Positions 40,207 to 53,038 of a stretch of 64,000 nt of DNA are shown in pieces (within the stretch, counting starts at the first letter, position 1; every line of letters begins with the position of its first letter). This DNA is from Eremomyces bilateralis CBS 781.70. Lineage: Eukaryota. Below the pieces are notes generated by a model. The model was not told the origin of the DNA. It did no database searches and saw only the letters and a program-made list of their open reading frames with translations. The position numbers were made by a program, and so were the translations under genes. The stretch lies in NCBI GenBank assembly GCA_010015585.1, contig ML975151.1, one strand, 5' to 3'.

Positions 40207-42300
40207 CTAGGAGAGCACAAAGCGGTCCTTTTTCAGTCCAATTTTATGAGACAGGCCGACCACCTCCCCCTGCATGATGCCATGAACATAGCATTCTCCA
40301 ACAAGCCTGTACATGCCGGTTCTGTCAGTCGGCCGCAAAATATACGGCACCTTCCCACCAAACAAAATGCAAACAATGTCTCCAACTTTCATGGCCGCAG
40401 CACCAATTCCGACGTATTCATTCTCCAATGTGAAAGCTCGTCGTCCATGACAGATGCGATGCGCACTGGCTAGACATTGCTGGTAGTCCTGAAAGCTCGG
40501 TGGAGCGAGTCTCCGGCGGCCATGAACGAGACGTTCTGCTGCGAAAGACGCTAAACATCTGCGCCAGGGCGTGGCCGTGGTGCTACCCGAGAGGGATGTG
40601 TCATTGTCCTGATCCCTTTCTCGACGTTTTGGGACCGGTTGTGATGATTGTGATAGTGTAATGACATCCGAGATCCAAGAAATTGAAGAGAAAGATATGC
40701 CCTCGACGACCAAGTAGTCTGCGTGGTCCCCGGCTAGGCCGGTATTGTGGCGGATCCCAGCAGCTGCCGTGTACTGATGGCCGGGGAAAGCCACCAGAAG
40801 CTGAACTCCCTCTGTAGGCAGGTCCCATTGTGGCACCCAAGATGGATAGGATGTGTTAATGGCGGACACATGATTCGTGTAGGAGAGAACATCGAGACTT
40901 CCAGAAAGCTGGATGGATCTGAGAGCAATCTTGCTAAAGACCGAGTTTACAGTAAGAGAATAGTCTGCGGATATTGAAAATGTATCGTGAAGGGTTTGTA
41001 CGTGCTTAAACTGGTGCAGAATGCGTTGGTCAACAGCGACGCAAAAGTTTACGAAGCGATGGAATACATCAGTGACGATTATCCATACTGCGCGCTCCTG
41101 CTTAGTAAAATATGCCATGCTCATTAACAACGTGAACATATACCAGAACTGGGTGGTCCCGATGCGGCTCTGAACTGCGCCAAAAAGAAGATGCAGTAAG
41201 GTGAGCATCTGTACGAGGACTTCGAGATACTTCCTCTGATCGAGAGTTGAATAGTATTTGTGACGAGTGCGGGGCCTTTTTACAGGTCGATGCAGTACAG
41301 CATATACTTTGTCTCGAGGGTCCGAAGCCTTGAAATCTCTTGTCGCTTGAAGTAATGCTAATAGCGGTTCATGGGCAGAGATATCCAAGTCAGACGCCAT
41401 GCTAAGGACGTTTTGCACGCCCTTAGTTTTCGGCGCTAACAAGGTGTAGAGAGGATGTCGCCGTACTTGTGCTGCAAGAGACAAGACATTTTGAAATGGG
41501 ACGAACTCTTTACCAAATCCCACTCTCGTCTTGGAACTGTCGCTCACTTCTTGAATGACCCAGATCCGGTTGAACCAGGGATTGTCAAAAAATTTGACAC
41601 TAAGCGGCAATATGTCACCTCGTTCATCTAGTTGCGGGTACTGATTATAATTCCAGATAATCTTGCGCCGCAATTGTCTCGGTCCGGGAGAGTATCCTGG
41701 CGAACGTCTTCCAGCAGTTGGTGGGGTGTCGCTGTAGGAGGATTCCACAGCAACTGCTCTTTCATCCGGAATGGCCCACCGTTGGGAGAATTTGCGCCGA
41801 GCATATTTTAGCGGACCAAGTGCACGAAGGTATTTTGCCAATGCATGTTGCTCCTGTGTCGATAGTGCGTCATCAACTCGGAGACACACAGAAACGCGTT
41901 TGGCTCTGGAGTAGATCCGCTCCATCAAATCCACTTGAACCCGACGTTCTTTGAGATCTGACTGATCTATACAAATAGCGTCCGCCCACACAAAGACGGG
42001 TCGAGATGGGCATCTGAGGAGAAGAAGAGCTTGCCTCAGATTGGCAGTGATTCGGAGAGGTTTCTCATTGCATTCGATGGTATGAATAAGATCCGCGGAG
42101 CCCCAAACGTAGGAGATGGCTTCGAATGGCGGTGTCGAGTCTTTGGGCATACTTAGAGGGTACGAGGCAGAAAGGTGGTGAATTTGAAGCTTGCAGGTGA
42201 TAGCATCTTCGTCTTTGCCAGGTTCGAGTAAGAGAAGCCGAAACGCTGCCGGTTGGTTCAGTGGCTCATACTTGAAATGCTGATGCGTATTAGCCGCCAT
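40207..42300 (-). CDS. HET-domain (HET-6-like) heterokaryon incompatibility protein
   Basis: FRLLLLEPG, FEAISYVWG, WADAICIDQ, MERIYSRA, WFNRIWVIQEV, DPRDKVYA, PSWVPQW, GDIVCILFGGKVPYILRP, LVGECYVHGIMQGE; intronless. Confidence 0.93.
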   Translation of the reverse strand: MAANTHQHFKYEPLNQPAAFRLLLLEPGKDEDAITCKLQIHHLSASYPLSMPKDSTPPFEAISYVWGSADLIHTIECNEKPLRITANLRQALLLLRCPSRPVFVWADAICIDQSDLKERRVQVDLMERIYSRAKRVSVCLRVDDALSTQEQHALAKYLRALGPLKYARRKFSQRWAIPDERAVAVESSYSDTPPTAGRRSPGYSPGPRQLRRKIIWNYNQYPQLDERGDILPLSVKFFDNPWFNRIWVIQEVSDSSKTRVGFGKEFVPFQNVLSLAAQVRRHPLYTLLAPKTKGVQNVLSMASDLDISAHEPLLALLQATRDFKASDPRDKVYAVLHRPVKRPRTRHKYYSTLDQRKYLEVLVQMLTLLHLLFGAVQSRIGTTQFWYMFTLLMSMAYFTKQERAVWIIVTDVFHRFVNFCVAVDQRILHQFKHVQTLHDTFSISADYSLTVNSVFSKIALRSIQLSGSLDVLSYTNHVSAINTSYPSWVPQWDLPTEGVQLLVAFPGHQYTAAAGIRHNTGLAGDHADYLVVEGISFSSISWISDVITLSQSSQPVPKRRERDQDNDTSLSGSTTATPWRRCLASFAAERLVHGRRRLAPPSFQDYQQCLASAHRICHGRRAFTLENEYVGIGAAAMKVGDIVCILFGGKVPYILRPTDRTGMYRLVGECYVHGIMQGEVVGLSHKIGLKKDRFVLS

Positions 42301-42558
42301 GATGAAAAAACTGACGGAAATCAATGAAAATGGGGTTCTTGTAGCAGCATTGTTGCGGCAGCCTGATCGCGATATAAATGTCATCGCCAAGGGAGGCGCA
42401 AGCGATCCCCCCATCTGCCAATAATAAGCGTTTCGTTTAAACTCTGGAGTCCAGACATTGGGTTTCTAGACACGTGCACAGAATTGAACCGACATGCTGT
42501 TTGAGTCTGCGATTCTATCGTTGAGCAACGCGACCAATTGTGCGTAGTGAGATCACTC

Positions 42559-42604
42559 TAATCCCTTAATTCAAGAGAGAGAGATTCATAATCCCTTAAT
42601 TCAA
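42559..42604 (+). repeat. 16-bp direct repeat TAATCCCTTAATTCAA flanking a (GA)n spacer
   Basis: Exact copies at 42559-42574 and 42589-42604. Confidence 0.8.
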
Positions 42605-43450
42605 CCAACAGGAGGATATATCCACAGAGAGCGTCCTAAACGTGCAGCCGCAGAGATGGCATCAAATGCGCAGAAACGACTTAGCCCGCACAATAGACAG
42701 CAACGTCAGTAGAATTTATGATTTAATTCATAATTAGGACGAGTCATCAAGATCTGCTTCAAACTTCTTACAACAACTTCACTGCTGTAACAACAGCACC
42801 TCACTCCCAAGTCCCAACCATTTTAGCACATCACGTGTGACAGTAATATACGCTATCTCGACTGCCAAGACTGGGCTGTGGCTGCGTGGGCTGCTGCAGT
42901 CTTGCCAGTTCTGAGATCGTCGATGTGAGAGCAGCCGACTTCCAAGTTCCAACAGACTTCCGCCAGAAATGGCAACTGGGTCGGATTTACGTTGTCCCGT
43001 ATTGCCCGCATTGCCTCACACCAGCCACGAGATCTGTCTAGGCACCAGCGAGGCTGTCTAAACACCCTCCTCACAAGCATTCCACCTTCAGAATTTGATT
43101 GCAACCTTCGATATGCCTCTACACTAGTTAACTTCACCTTCAATTTGGCCAATAGGGAAGAGGTCTAGATCTAACACTGTGAGGAATTTTGAAATTTCGG
43201 GTTCGGCTTACGTTTACCGCGTCACCTGGAGATACTGGGTCATCGTCAGTCGTCAGATGCTGGGTAAACTTTGTTCTATTCATTGTGTATCAGAATCATG
43301 TATGCTTTAAGAAAGAGACCCCTCATCCTATTGAGTCAATAACCTTCAATAACCCTGCCGTGCAGCCTATCCAAGCTCACTTCGTTGAGCTCCCGGTCAT
43401 GTAACCATTGTTTGTCGTGGAGAGTCCAGTCAGTCTCGATATCCAAGCCC

Positions 43451-44383
43451 TTACCCGCGCTGCTGGGGAAGAAGGTAAGGAAAGTGGAAGTCCTGGTATT
43501 CGCTTCTGCAAGACTTTCGAAATTCGCGAATTGCCTCCTTATCCTCTACCTCCCCATGTGTGAGTAGCTTCCGTTCTATCGCATTTTCGAACAATCGATG
43601 CAGCTCTGCGTGATGACGGTCTTCCAGGCTCATCGGCCTCATGTTAGGAGTGACGGTCAGGACCAACCCCGGCGGACGAAGTTCTTCATCGAGGATGGTG
43701 CGCGGTCGGAATGTAGTTAGCAGCCGCACCTCAACTGAGGTCAAGGGACATGCTGCGAACTGGAGCATCGGTTGAACCCACTCCTCAGAAAGGGTGAATC
43801 TCAAGGGCACGGCGTTGACTTGTGCGACGATCTTAAGGTGTCGGAGGTTAGGGAGCAGTTCCGACGCTTTCTTCCACAGACCAAGCCAATTCTTCATTTG
43901 TTTTTCCTTGAACGTCATGTGAGGGATCTCACGGGGGTCGCCGTACATCAGAATTTCAAGATGGAGCCGTGAAACGTTCGAAAGGGAGCTGGCCGGAGTA
44001 ACTCGCAAGAAGTTGAGGAAAGGGCGCTGGGAACGGAAAGCGAATTTTGTATGTCGATATAGGAAGACAATGGATTCGGCGAGGGTTTGGCGACTCGCGA
44101 AGCAAATGGCATATCCGTTTGCTGTGGACGATAAAGCGGATAGCCGTATTGCTCTCTTGGTGCCTTCGACCAGGTAGCTGCCGAATTTCCCGGCATGTCT
44201 GAAGGAGTGGATGCGGCCTTCTTCCTTCCATTCATTCTCGTGTTGAGGGTCTTTCCAGCCGGTTTTGTTCCGATTCGAGATCAATGCAATGACCGAGTCA
44301 TCGAACGTGTAGCCATAGATGTGGTTTCGAACCTCTGCCGGGAGGTTAAAAAAGGTGACTTTCAGAGTCATTTCCGGCGACAT
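43451..44383 (-). CDS. Hypothetical protein with an F-box-like N-terminal motif (DUF7730-like)
   Basis: FFNLPAEVRNHIY, SRQTLAES..LYRHTKFAF, VSRLHLEI, LPNLRHLKI. Confidence 0.75.
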   Translation of the reverse strand: MSPEMTLKVTFFNLPAEVRNHIYGYTFDDSVIALISNRNKTGWKDPQHENEWKEEGRIHSFRHAGKFGSYLVEGTKRAIRLSALSSTANGYAICFASRQTLAESIVFLYRHTKFAFRSQRPFLNFLRVTPASSLSNVSRLHLEILMYGDPREIPHMTFKEKQMKNWLGLWKKASELLPNLRHLKIVAQVNAVPLRFTLSEEWVQPMLQFAACPLTSVEVRLLTTFRPRTILDEELRPPGLVLTVTPNMRPMSLEDRHHAELHRLFENAIERKLLTHGEVEDKEAIREFRKSCRSEYQDFHFPYLLPQQRG

Positions 44384-45696
44384 GGGAGAAAGTGCGGAGG
44401 CTGAGGGGTGGCTTGTCTTGATATTATCAGCAAAAAGAAGGATGGCAGCTTTCCGACTGACGAACTAGGTGTGGATTTCAGTTGAATTTGCTCCTGCTAA
44501 TCGCAGTAGTAGGAGATATGCCCAAATGAGAAGAAGAATTCATCAAGAAGCAAATTGAGCGAATATTCAGGTAGAAAATACTCGATTCTAAGGCGAGGAT
44601 GAACTGAGCAGTGAGTTGGAGCTTGTAGATGGAGAGGAGTGGTTAAAAGGGCCTCACTGTAGGTTGTGAGTGAAGAGTGAAGCCGAGAAGTCTAGGCGAG
44701 AGTGGTGAGCGAGGAAAGGAGAAGAGAAAGGCAAGGTGGAAAGAGGAAATCAACAGTTGCATGATAATGATGCTGATAACGATAACCGGGATGATTGATT
44801 CTCTGAGGAGTCATCTGCCAGTGAAGACGCTTGTACATGGCTTGTTCGGCTGAAGGAAGGTCACCAGCACCTGGTAGCACACATCACGATATACGAACTG
44901 GAATATCATGGACTTGTATAACAGGTTACCCAATTGATGCTTTAGGAATTCCCTTACTATTGTTCTTCTTTCCGCTCGCCGGATTTCGTGCTATCAATAA
45001 CCATATTTGAGAATGATAGATCCGTCTTCTTCGACTACCAATGATGGAACCAATGAATTTCATTTGGCAGCGTCAGCATAAGAGTTCCTTGCATTTTGTG
45101 TGGGATACCTGAGCCAAGTGAGGCCCCCCATTCCCGTCCAATATACCTTCTGTTAAAATCAGAAAATGTTTCCTCGGAGCCGGTTTCGTCTCCTGCCTTG
45201 GTGGGAGGGTGATGGGAAAAGAGATCTCCGTGTTAGTCCACATTCGTTGAAAGCCGCAAATGTGTCGTTCCGGTAGCACAATGCTTTCGCAGAAGCTCGA
45301 ATTCCCCCACAATTTCCGTCGAATTCAATCCCTAATGTTCCGTTTTAGGGCCTTGGAGGTTGCTTTCTTGATCGCTGTTTCGGCTAGGCCAAAACGGGAC
45401 TTCAGATGGCATTTAGGACATTCATCTGCGCATCTGCTGGTCTGCAGAAGGGAGGGAGGCTAGTAGGTTCAAAATGCATAGCACGTCGGCGTCTTCATCT
45501 TGCCCCAATGACTTAGCAGTGGGCACCACGGAGTGGGATGCACAAACGCGACAGAGCCCCTCTCCGCACGTTTCATCCGCTGCCATGCTAGGCCCATATC
45601 AGCAAGCTTGGACAAATGCTACATTTTCCAGGCTACTATCGGTTAATCCGCCGTCCGCTGTGGGCGCAAATTACGTCCGAAAGGTATCGAGGGGAG

Positions 45697-46129
45697 TTAC
45701 CGTGCAGGACGCGACGACAAGCTTTGGATCTGACCTTCGAGCCGTTCGAGTTCTGCTGAAAGGATTTCAGTACGGCGTCCTTGTGGTATGATGCGGCGGG
45801 TACTTTGGTGGAAAACTCACCAGCAGTTTGATGCTTCGTCTCTAAACTCTCAAGCTTCAACCAGGACCAGTGGAGCACCTGGTAAGTGAAGAGCGCGCCG
45901 AGGAATACTTTGGCGAACGGGCGAGTAAAGGTCTTGTAGAAGTTCGTCTGGCAGCATAATTCATCAGCCACTATGTCTATTCAGAGGCGAAGAGTGAACC
46001 CACATGGGCAGAGGCACCGGCTTTGGTGGTGTCGGGCTTGGTTTGATCAGAATAGCCTCGCGAGAACAATGAAGACCTGAAGGGCCGAATCACCCGGGTA
46101 GCGGTTCTTCGCATGATCGGAACTGGCAT
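45697..46129 (-). CDS. Small mitochondrial inner-membrane protein, Ina17-like
   Basis: Arg-rich presequence, FYKTFTRPFAKVFLGALFTYQVLHWSWLKLE TM segment, coiled-coil end; 2 introns. Confidence 0.75.
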
Positions 46130-46676
46130 TGCGAAACCTATCCTTTGAGGGACGAGGTTTTTGAAAGATGAATAGCCCAGGCGAAACCAGGAGAGTCGGG
46201 TCAGACGGGGGACTAGACGAGAATTGATAGACCTAATGGAACTGGAAGCATGAGGTTTCTGGAGGTGCGGAGTATTAATTACCTCCATATCCTGGTGAAG
46301 CCCCTGTTGACTGATTGGTTGATCATTTGATACTCCAAACATCTGGCCTTATAGCCTTGTGGCCTTAAATGGATTTCCAGAGCATCTCCCCTGTTCAGCT
46401 CTATTATCAACTCCCATGTCTCCGTAGCCTTGACTCTTGAGGACACCTTTGGCTTCCCAATGAAAAATAATAATTCCAGAACAACAACCACTCGCCCTTC
46501 TCTGTCCTCCTAGAAGTAAAGCCTATTCAGGACAGAAGCAGGAGTAAAACAGGAGTGAATATTGTCATTGCATTGCAGTTCCATCCTCTGTTGTTGTCCC
46601 AGCCTTCGCTCCGCAACCGCGACCTCGTCCTCGCAAGATATCGAGCTCCATATTCCTTTGATACTACGCAGCAACA

Positions 46677-46996
46677 ATGGTACGTGTCCACTGGCCCCAA
46701 ATGTATACGACATTCCTTGTTTATCCTTCGCTAATCTTGTATGAACCAGGCTCAAACTCCTGCTCAGAGAAAGGCAAACGAGAAGTTCGCCAAGTTAGAG
46801 AGTGCAAAGCGTGGGAAACCCCAGAATAGCATTAAAAAGGGGGGCGAGAAAGGAAAGTCGCCAATATCGACTAGCTGGATCAGTAAGTTTGAGTCACATT
46901 CCTTTAGGTGGATGCCGCTTATGATGATTTGAAGTTGTCCTCGCATTCTTGATCTGTGGAGGCGTGATCTTCGAGGTGTTACGGATGTTTTTCTAA
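46677..46996 (+). CDS. RAMP4/SERP1/Ysy6 ribosome-associated ER membrane protein
   Basis: M|AQTPAQRKANEKFAK...KSPIS...IVLAFLICGGVIFEVLRMFF*; 2 introns. Confidence 0.9.
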
Positions 46997-47249
46997 ACGG
47001 GGCGATGGAAGAGCGGAACAGCGTGCGAAGCAGAGGCAGGCAAAGGCCGAGCAATCACTGTCATATTTGAGTTCACTGCATTCGCACGGAACTCCGTGCA
47101 TTATTCATATATATGGCGTCTAGGTGGCGGGTCAATCTGACTATAGCACGACATGGGATGGGTTGGTTGAGAGTCAAAAGGCTCATCGGTCTCGGAGCAT
47201 TGTAAAAGATTTTCTGTCATTCGACTTGGTAACAAAAGCGGTACTCGTC

Positions 47250-50200
47250 TTATGAAGGCTCTTCGAATGCCACTTGTCGTCTCTTCTTCTTGACCTTGGT
47301 TGTCGGTGCCAGTGAATCCTCTTGTGCGGCTTGCTGTCCCATCCCTTCCATTGGGGTCGCAGCTTTTGTCTTTTTCTTCTTCTTCTTCTTCTTCTTGACC
47401 TCTTCCGTCCCTTCTGATGCCAGATCCTTAGCAACTTTCGACTTCTTCTTTTTCCTCACTATGGTCCCTTCCGGTGGCCCAACATGATCCTGCACCCTGA
47501 TTGATGCCCTCTCCATTTCTAAGCGTAGACGTTCGATTTCTCGCAATGCCTTTTCTTCCGCCTCACGCTGCTCAATATAAAGCTGATTGCCCTGGTTGCC
47601 CAGCAATGAAAAAGATCCCAGGCCACTAGAGTCAACCTGAAGCAGAGCAGACTTCTTTGACCTGTCAAGGTGGGATGGCACGCTTGAGAGACGCGGAGTA
47701 TCGACCGAACCGGCATCGGCGTCCTCAAGATTTTCATCGCCCAATATCTGTATGTCCCTCTTGGGTTTGCGTCGGGTGCTTGTGAGTGACTGTCCATTTC
47801 GGCTGCTAGGTTCAGCGTCGCTCCTTTCGGTCAGATCCAAGTCCATGATAGGTATCGCGTCGATGTCCACTTGATCGCCATTGTTTGCTTTCAGGATATC
47901 GTGGATAGGTGTGGAGGTGCCGGATCCCCTAGCCCCACCTATGTAGAAAGGGTCGTCTCTATATTTCTCCTGCCGCTCAAGTTGCTGTCTCCGTTTTGTG
48001 TCCGAATCACCCTCATCACTAGAGTTTTGATAGGACGATACCTCCAGCTTGGGAGGCTCTAGTCTTTCTGCCGCTGTGACTGCGTCCAATCTTCTCCTTT
48101 CCTTCTCGAAGTAAAATGAGCGGTACTCGCCCACCGTATCCACATCTTGTTCGAAGTGCTCGATCAATAAGGAACTGAGGTCTTCGTGGATCGGTTTCTC
48201 CAACTCCAAGGCTTCCGGAATAGTTACTTTCCGTTGCGCTGCTGGCGCAACCGGATTTAATTCCATCCCAGAATGCAATGACGGAAGTGCTTGAGTAAGA
48301 AGTAAAGGTGCCTCAAGGATCGGCTGATCCGTCCCTTCCGCTTGAGCAAGAACAGCTTCAGAAATGAGTTTGATGAGTTCAAGGTACTCGACAGACCTCT
48401 CTTGAACCTCTAAGTCGGGGTGGGTCTTCAATCCGTCCAAAAAGTATGAAGCACGGCCAAGCAACAGCGACATCCGTGACCGCCTTGCTTCGGTCCAAGG
48501 CGAGACTTGAACTTTCCCAATGGCCCCTAATACTTTAGGAATCGCTTGAACATAGGTAATTAATGTTTCTGCTGGCAGTAGAGTGGACGAGCTGTGTACT
48601 AGAGAGGAAAGGACTGCCGAGGGGTCTCTGAGGTACTCAGAATACTCACCGACAAGCCACGCTGCGTCATTGAGGACACCTTGGCCCCCAGTGCTAGATT
48701 CAGGAAACAGCTGACCCCGATTCTCGAGGAGTACCAACGATTCAGCTGCTTTAGTAGCTTCCTGTCTCATGCTTCTGACTCTCACGCCCACATTAAGGAG
48801 TTGATTCCCGATCTCTTTTGACACATCATCTTCTACGATTGAGGAAGGAGAGGGAGGAGGACAGGCTTTGACAAGGCTCAGAAGCACACGGAGGTACCAC
48901 TCGAAGTCGTCTGTGATGTTTGCAAACGTATCTCGAGAACACATGTCCAAGATGCGCCGTATGACCAGGTTTCGAAACTCCAGTGGCAGCGGAATTGCTT
49001 GTTGAGTAATATTCTCGGCGGCTTGTAATGACGTTTCTGGGTCTTCGCCATCCGAATCAGCCACCGCTAGCATTCCATCATTTCGGACACGATCATTTTT
49101 CGGATCATCTTCTGGCGCATTTATTGGCGCTGTGAGCAGTTGCTTGACTAGCCGGTCCACAATCGTCATGATGTTCTCACCATCGACCATGCCTCCCGCC
49201 AAATCGAGAGCGCACGCGCGAATGGAGATGTCTTCGTCGTCAATGCATTCGAGGACGACGTCATGATGAGCATTTACCAGGTCGGGATGGGACTTGACGA
49301 TCTTCTGGAATGCTAGGAGGGCCACATATTTCACTACAGTGGCTTTGTATCAGCTACCAAGGAACAAGGGGAACTGGAGACATCTTCGCACGTACAATTT
49401 GGGTCTCGCTCTACGGTGAGCATTCCCCTCAATTTGCTGACGCACAGGCGAGCAACTTCGTCTCCCTCAGCCGTCCCTTGAACACTGTCAAGGATCCCTC
49501 CCTGGACAATTCCGTCGATGCATTCATACAGTAATGACATCGCCATTGTGGTTTTGATGATGTTTGTGAGCGCGGGGAGTAATTTCTTGACCAGCCGAGG
49601 TTCAAGGGGTGTAAGAGTTGCGAACTTGGCAGACTTAGCAATGACCGACGAACACATTTTGCGGAGCATACCAATTTGATGACCTTGATAGCCATCCAGT
49701 TATTCTTGCCCTCTACCAATATCTCGAACAATCGAGGAGCCAAGGGAAGAAAGTCCTGAGGTCGCCTCCAGCCTAGCTCGCAGACCACATTGACGACAGC
49801 CGCAGTGACGCTTGGATCTTCTTGCTCGTCTAGCAAGCGTTCTTTGATCTTGGGCCAAGCCGGCCGAAGAGTCTCGGGATAGACCACAGCCAGTCGGTAT
49901 AATGTCACAACCGTTTTCTTACGAATTGAGACCTGAGAGTGAGACAAGCGTGGTAAAAGATCCGACAGAAGGCTGTTTGCCATGGTGGGATTGATGACAT
50001 GCGGAACAGCTCCCAAAGGAAGACCTATAATGGCAGGTGTAACAGACATAAGATCCTGCGCCCGTCAGAATCGATTCTCTTTGTCAGTTCTCATGCTCAC
50101 CTTCTTCAGCAAATTTTCTGCCAACATGAGGACTTCTGTATCGGCCCGAAAACTCTGAACAGCGGCTAGGTAGCCCACCCGCTTTAGTAAATACTTTGGA

Positions 50201-50538
50201 GAAGACATGACCTCAAGCACATTGAAAGATGCCCATGACATATCATAGCCGAACATTTCCAGATAAGTCAATTTGAGCAAGGCAGTAGCTTTGAGATCTA
50301 TCAATACGTTAGCGACGGCGTAGGGAAGGTAAGGAGAAGCTCCTTCAAGGCGGATAGCTGACCCATATCTTGGCTCTTGATCTCTCTTCTGCACTCGCGA
50401 ACACTGTCTTGGATATACTGTCGTTCATTTCCCTTATGGTTCCGCAACCCGCGGATCAGGTCATAGAGAGATTTCTCAAACCTTGAATGAAGTCAAAGAT
50501 TGCGTAACCACAGAATATACATATTGGAGGACATACAT
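47250..50538 (-). CDS. APL5: AP-3 adaptor complex delta subunit
   Basis: MFEKSLYDLIRGLRNHKG, YLEMFGYDMSWASFNVLEVMSS, NNWMAIKVIKL, AMSLLYEC, DLEVQERS, ELNPVAPAAQRKV, Lys-rich tail; several introns. Confidence 0.95.
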
Positions 50539-51230
50539 GGTTATCTTGGAGGTGTATTTTCGGACCACTCTTTGCGAGATCAATGTCCGTAGCGAAAGCC
50601 CGAAGTGTTATGATACTCAAAAAGCCGAAGACCGTGCCGAGTTGTACTGCATATCTCAACAGTAAATCGGCCTATCTGTTAATGATGAGTCAGATGGATC
50701 AGATGTCTCTATGTCCGCCCATATTCTGCGGAAGTCATAGGTCAAGTCTGGTGCGGGTTCATATGGAGGTAAGAGGCGTCCCCGGTTCTGACTTGATCGA
50801 GGTCCGACTTTCGGTTAGGACGCTTCAGGATACAAATTCCCTGGGTGTTCAACTCGAAGCTGTGATGATACGTATTTCTTAAATCGCAATGTTCGGGAGC
50901 ATCACGTTAATCACAATGCGATGAGCGTCTGGTGAATCTGATACTGAAGTGTCGTAATGAAGTTAGGCCCACAAGTTGTCAATGAACCAATCAGCAGCCA
51001 AGACCTCCGACGTCGTCTGTCCATCAATTCAAGGGAACCTGCCGACATCTGCCACTCCCAAAGGTCCGTACTATCAAGCTACCAGCTACATAACGGATTG
51101 ACGGTACATCGCTGCAAACCACCTGTTCACCCCGGATTGAATCTTTCTTTGCGACTTGGTTTCCCGAGCTTCCGAAGACTCCAACCCATCCTCCGTCCGT
51201 CGATTACACTCCACCGATTCACGCGTCACC

Positions 51231-52327
51231 ATGTCCACCGAACTTCTCAACCCTTCCTCCTCTGGTCGCCCCGAGACTGCTCTGCGAATTTCACAACAGG
51301 CTCCCGACGTCCTCAAACGGACAGCAAAGACCTCGCTACCTTTCCCCTTATCGGTTCTATTCTCCTCCGAAAAACAAGAGACATGGGTGGAGCTCGAGAA
51401 TCTCCTGGTCGCGTGTCTTCGGACAGGTGACGACAAATCAGCACGGCTATGCCTCGATAGGCTCACCTCTCGGTTCGGCGAGCAGAATGAGCGCATCCTT
51501 GCTCTACGAGGACTCTATGAGGAGGCGATAGCACAAGATGGCAAGGCCGTGAATGCGATTCTGACGACCTATTACGATAATTTGCTAGCGGAGGACCCGA
51601 CGAATATGCCGATTCGGAAACGGCGTATCGCCCTACTGAAGTCCATGTCGAAGACAGGGGACGCGATTGCCGGGCTTGTGGAGCTTCTGGTTACCTCGCC
51701 TATCGATGCGGAATCATGGGCGGAATTGGCCGATTTATATTTCTCACAAAACCTATTCCCACAAGCGATCTATTGCCTGGAGGAAGTTCTCCTTATTGTC
51801 CCAAATGCTTGGAACGTACGTATTGGCCTCTAACCATTGTAGCCAATCGATATCGGCTAACCGCGAGTTAGATGCATGCTCGGCTCGGAGAGGTCCTTTT
51901 CCTATCGGCAGAGAGCAATTCCAATGCAAGGGACGCTGCACTGAAGGATCTGAGCAACTCTTTGAAGAGGTTTTGCCGTAGCATCGAGCTCTGTGATAAT
52001 TACCTTAGAGCATTTTACGGACTTAAAATGGTAGATTCTTCCTACAATGATTCCTGGATCATCTGACTAACTCGACTGAAGGTCTCCAGCAAACTGATAT
52101 CGCTCCTAGAAGTGGAGACCAAGACAGTTTCGAAGGATAAGACCGGCGAGCTTAGCGTGCCTGACAAAGCTACCGTCGAATCCCTCAACGAATTGGCAAC
52201 CTCGAAGCTCGTGGAAATACTTCGGAAAGGTTCGAGCGGAGAGCATGGTTGGGATGGCTACGAGGATGCAGAGCTCGTTGCAATCCAAGCGCTACTGGAT
52301 CAAACGTCGCAGAAAGTTGAGCGATGA
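51231..52327 (+). CDS. EMC2: ER membrane protein complex subunit 2 (TPR)
   Basis: DPTNMPIRKRRIALLKS, SPIDAESWAELADLY, AIYCLEEVLLIVPNAWN, RSIELCDNYLRAFYGLK; 2 introns. Confidence 0.88.
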
Positions 52328-53038
52328 AGTGAGAAAGGAGGAGAAAGTGTTCTAAAACCAAGCTCAGCTTGAGAGGGAGCCGCACAGTCCGGTGGAGGAA
52401 CTTCAAGGCCGTCGCTGTGGCTGTTGTATGGGTACCGTCACACAGGATCCATTTCGACCGAGGGAGCAGGCGTCCTGCCTGTTAATGGTCTTCAGTCACC
52501 GAGGAGAGTCGTCTTGGAGGTCGTTACTACAATCGTCGGGATGAAAATGGTTGGGTAACCGTCCTGTCTGTACTTGAACATGGTCAACAGGAGTGGTCAA
52601 AAATCACACAGGACGTTTGGGGTAACTAATGAGTACAGGAGTGAGCCTTGTAATAGTACATGGAGCGATATTCGTGCAATTCAACGGATGACTTCAAATA
52701 ATCACCCAATTATCTTTTCAAGTCCAGGCCCAATATTAATCATACCTTAAATCATGCCTTGATAACTACGTGTAATTGGATTCTAGTTGCCTTGCTTATT
52801 ATCGGAAAGAATGAGAATATATATTGCAGAACTGGCAGTGTAATATTAACTCGATTCTGTGTGGCCCCTGCGCAACAGTTTATCATTGGACATCGAATTA
52901 TCGAGAGACGAAAGTGAATCTCTCCGGGTCATCGTTCATGTTGAATTCCCATCCCACTCCTTCAATAATTCCCCCCAGCATAACCATCGAAGAAACCGTC
53001 CTATCTCTTCGGCTTGCGGTCAGATACGAGTAATCGCA

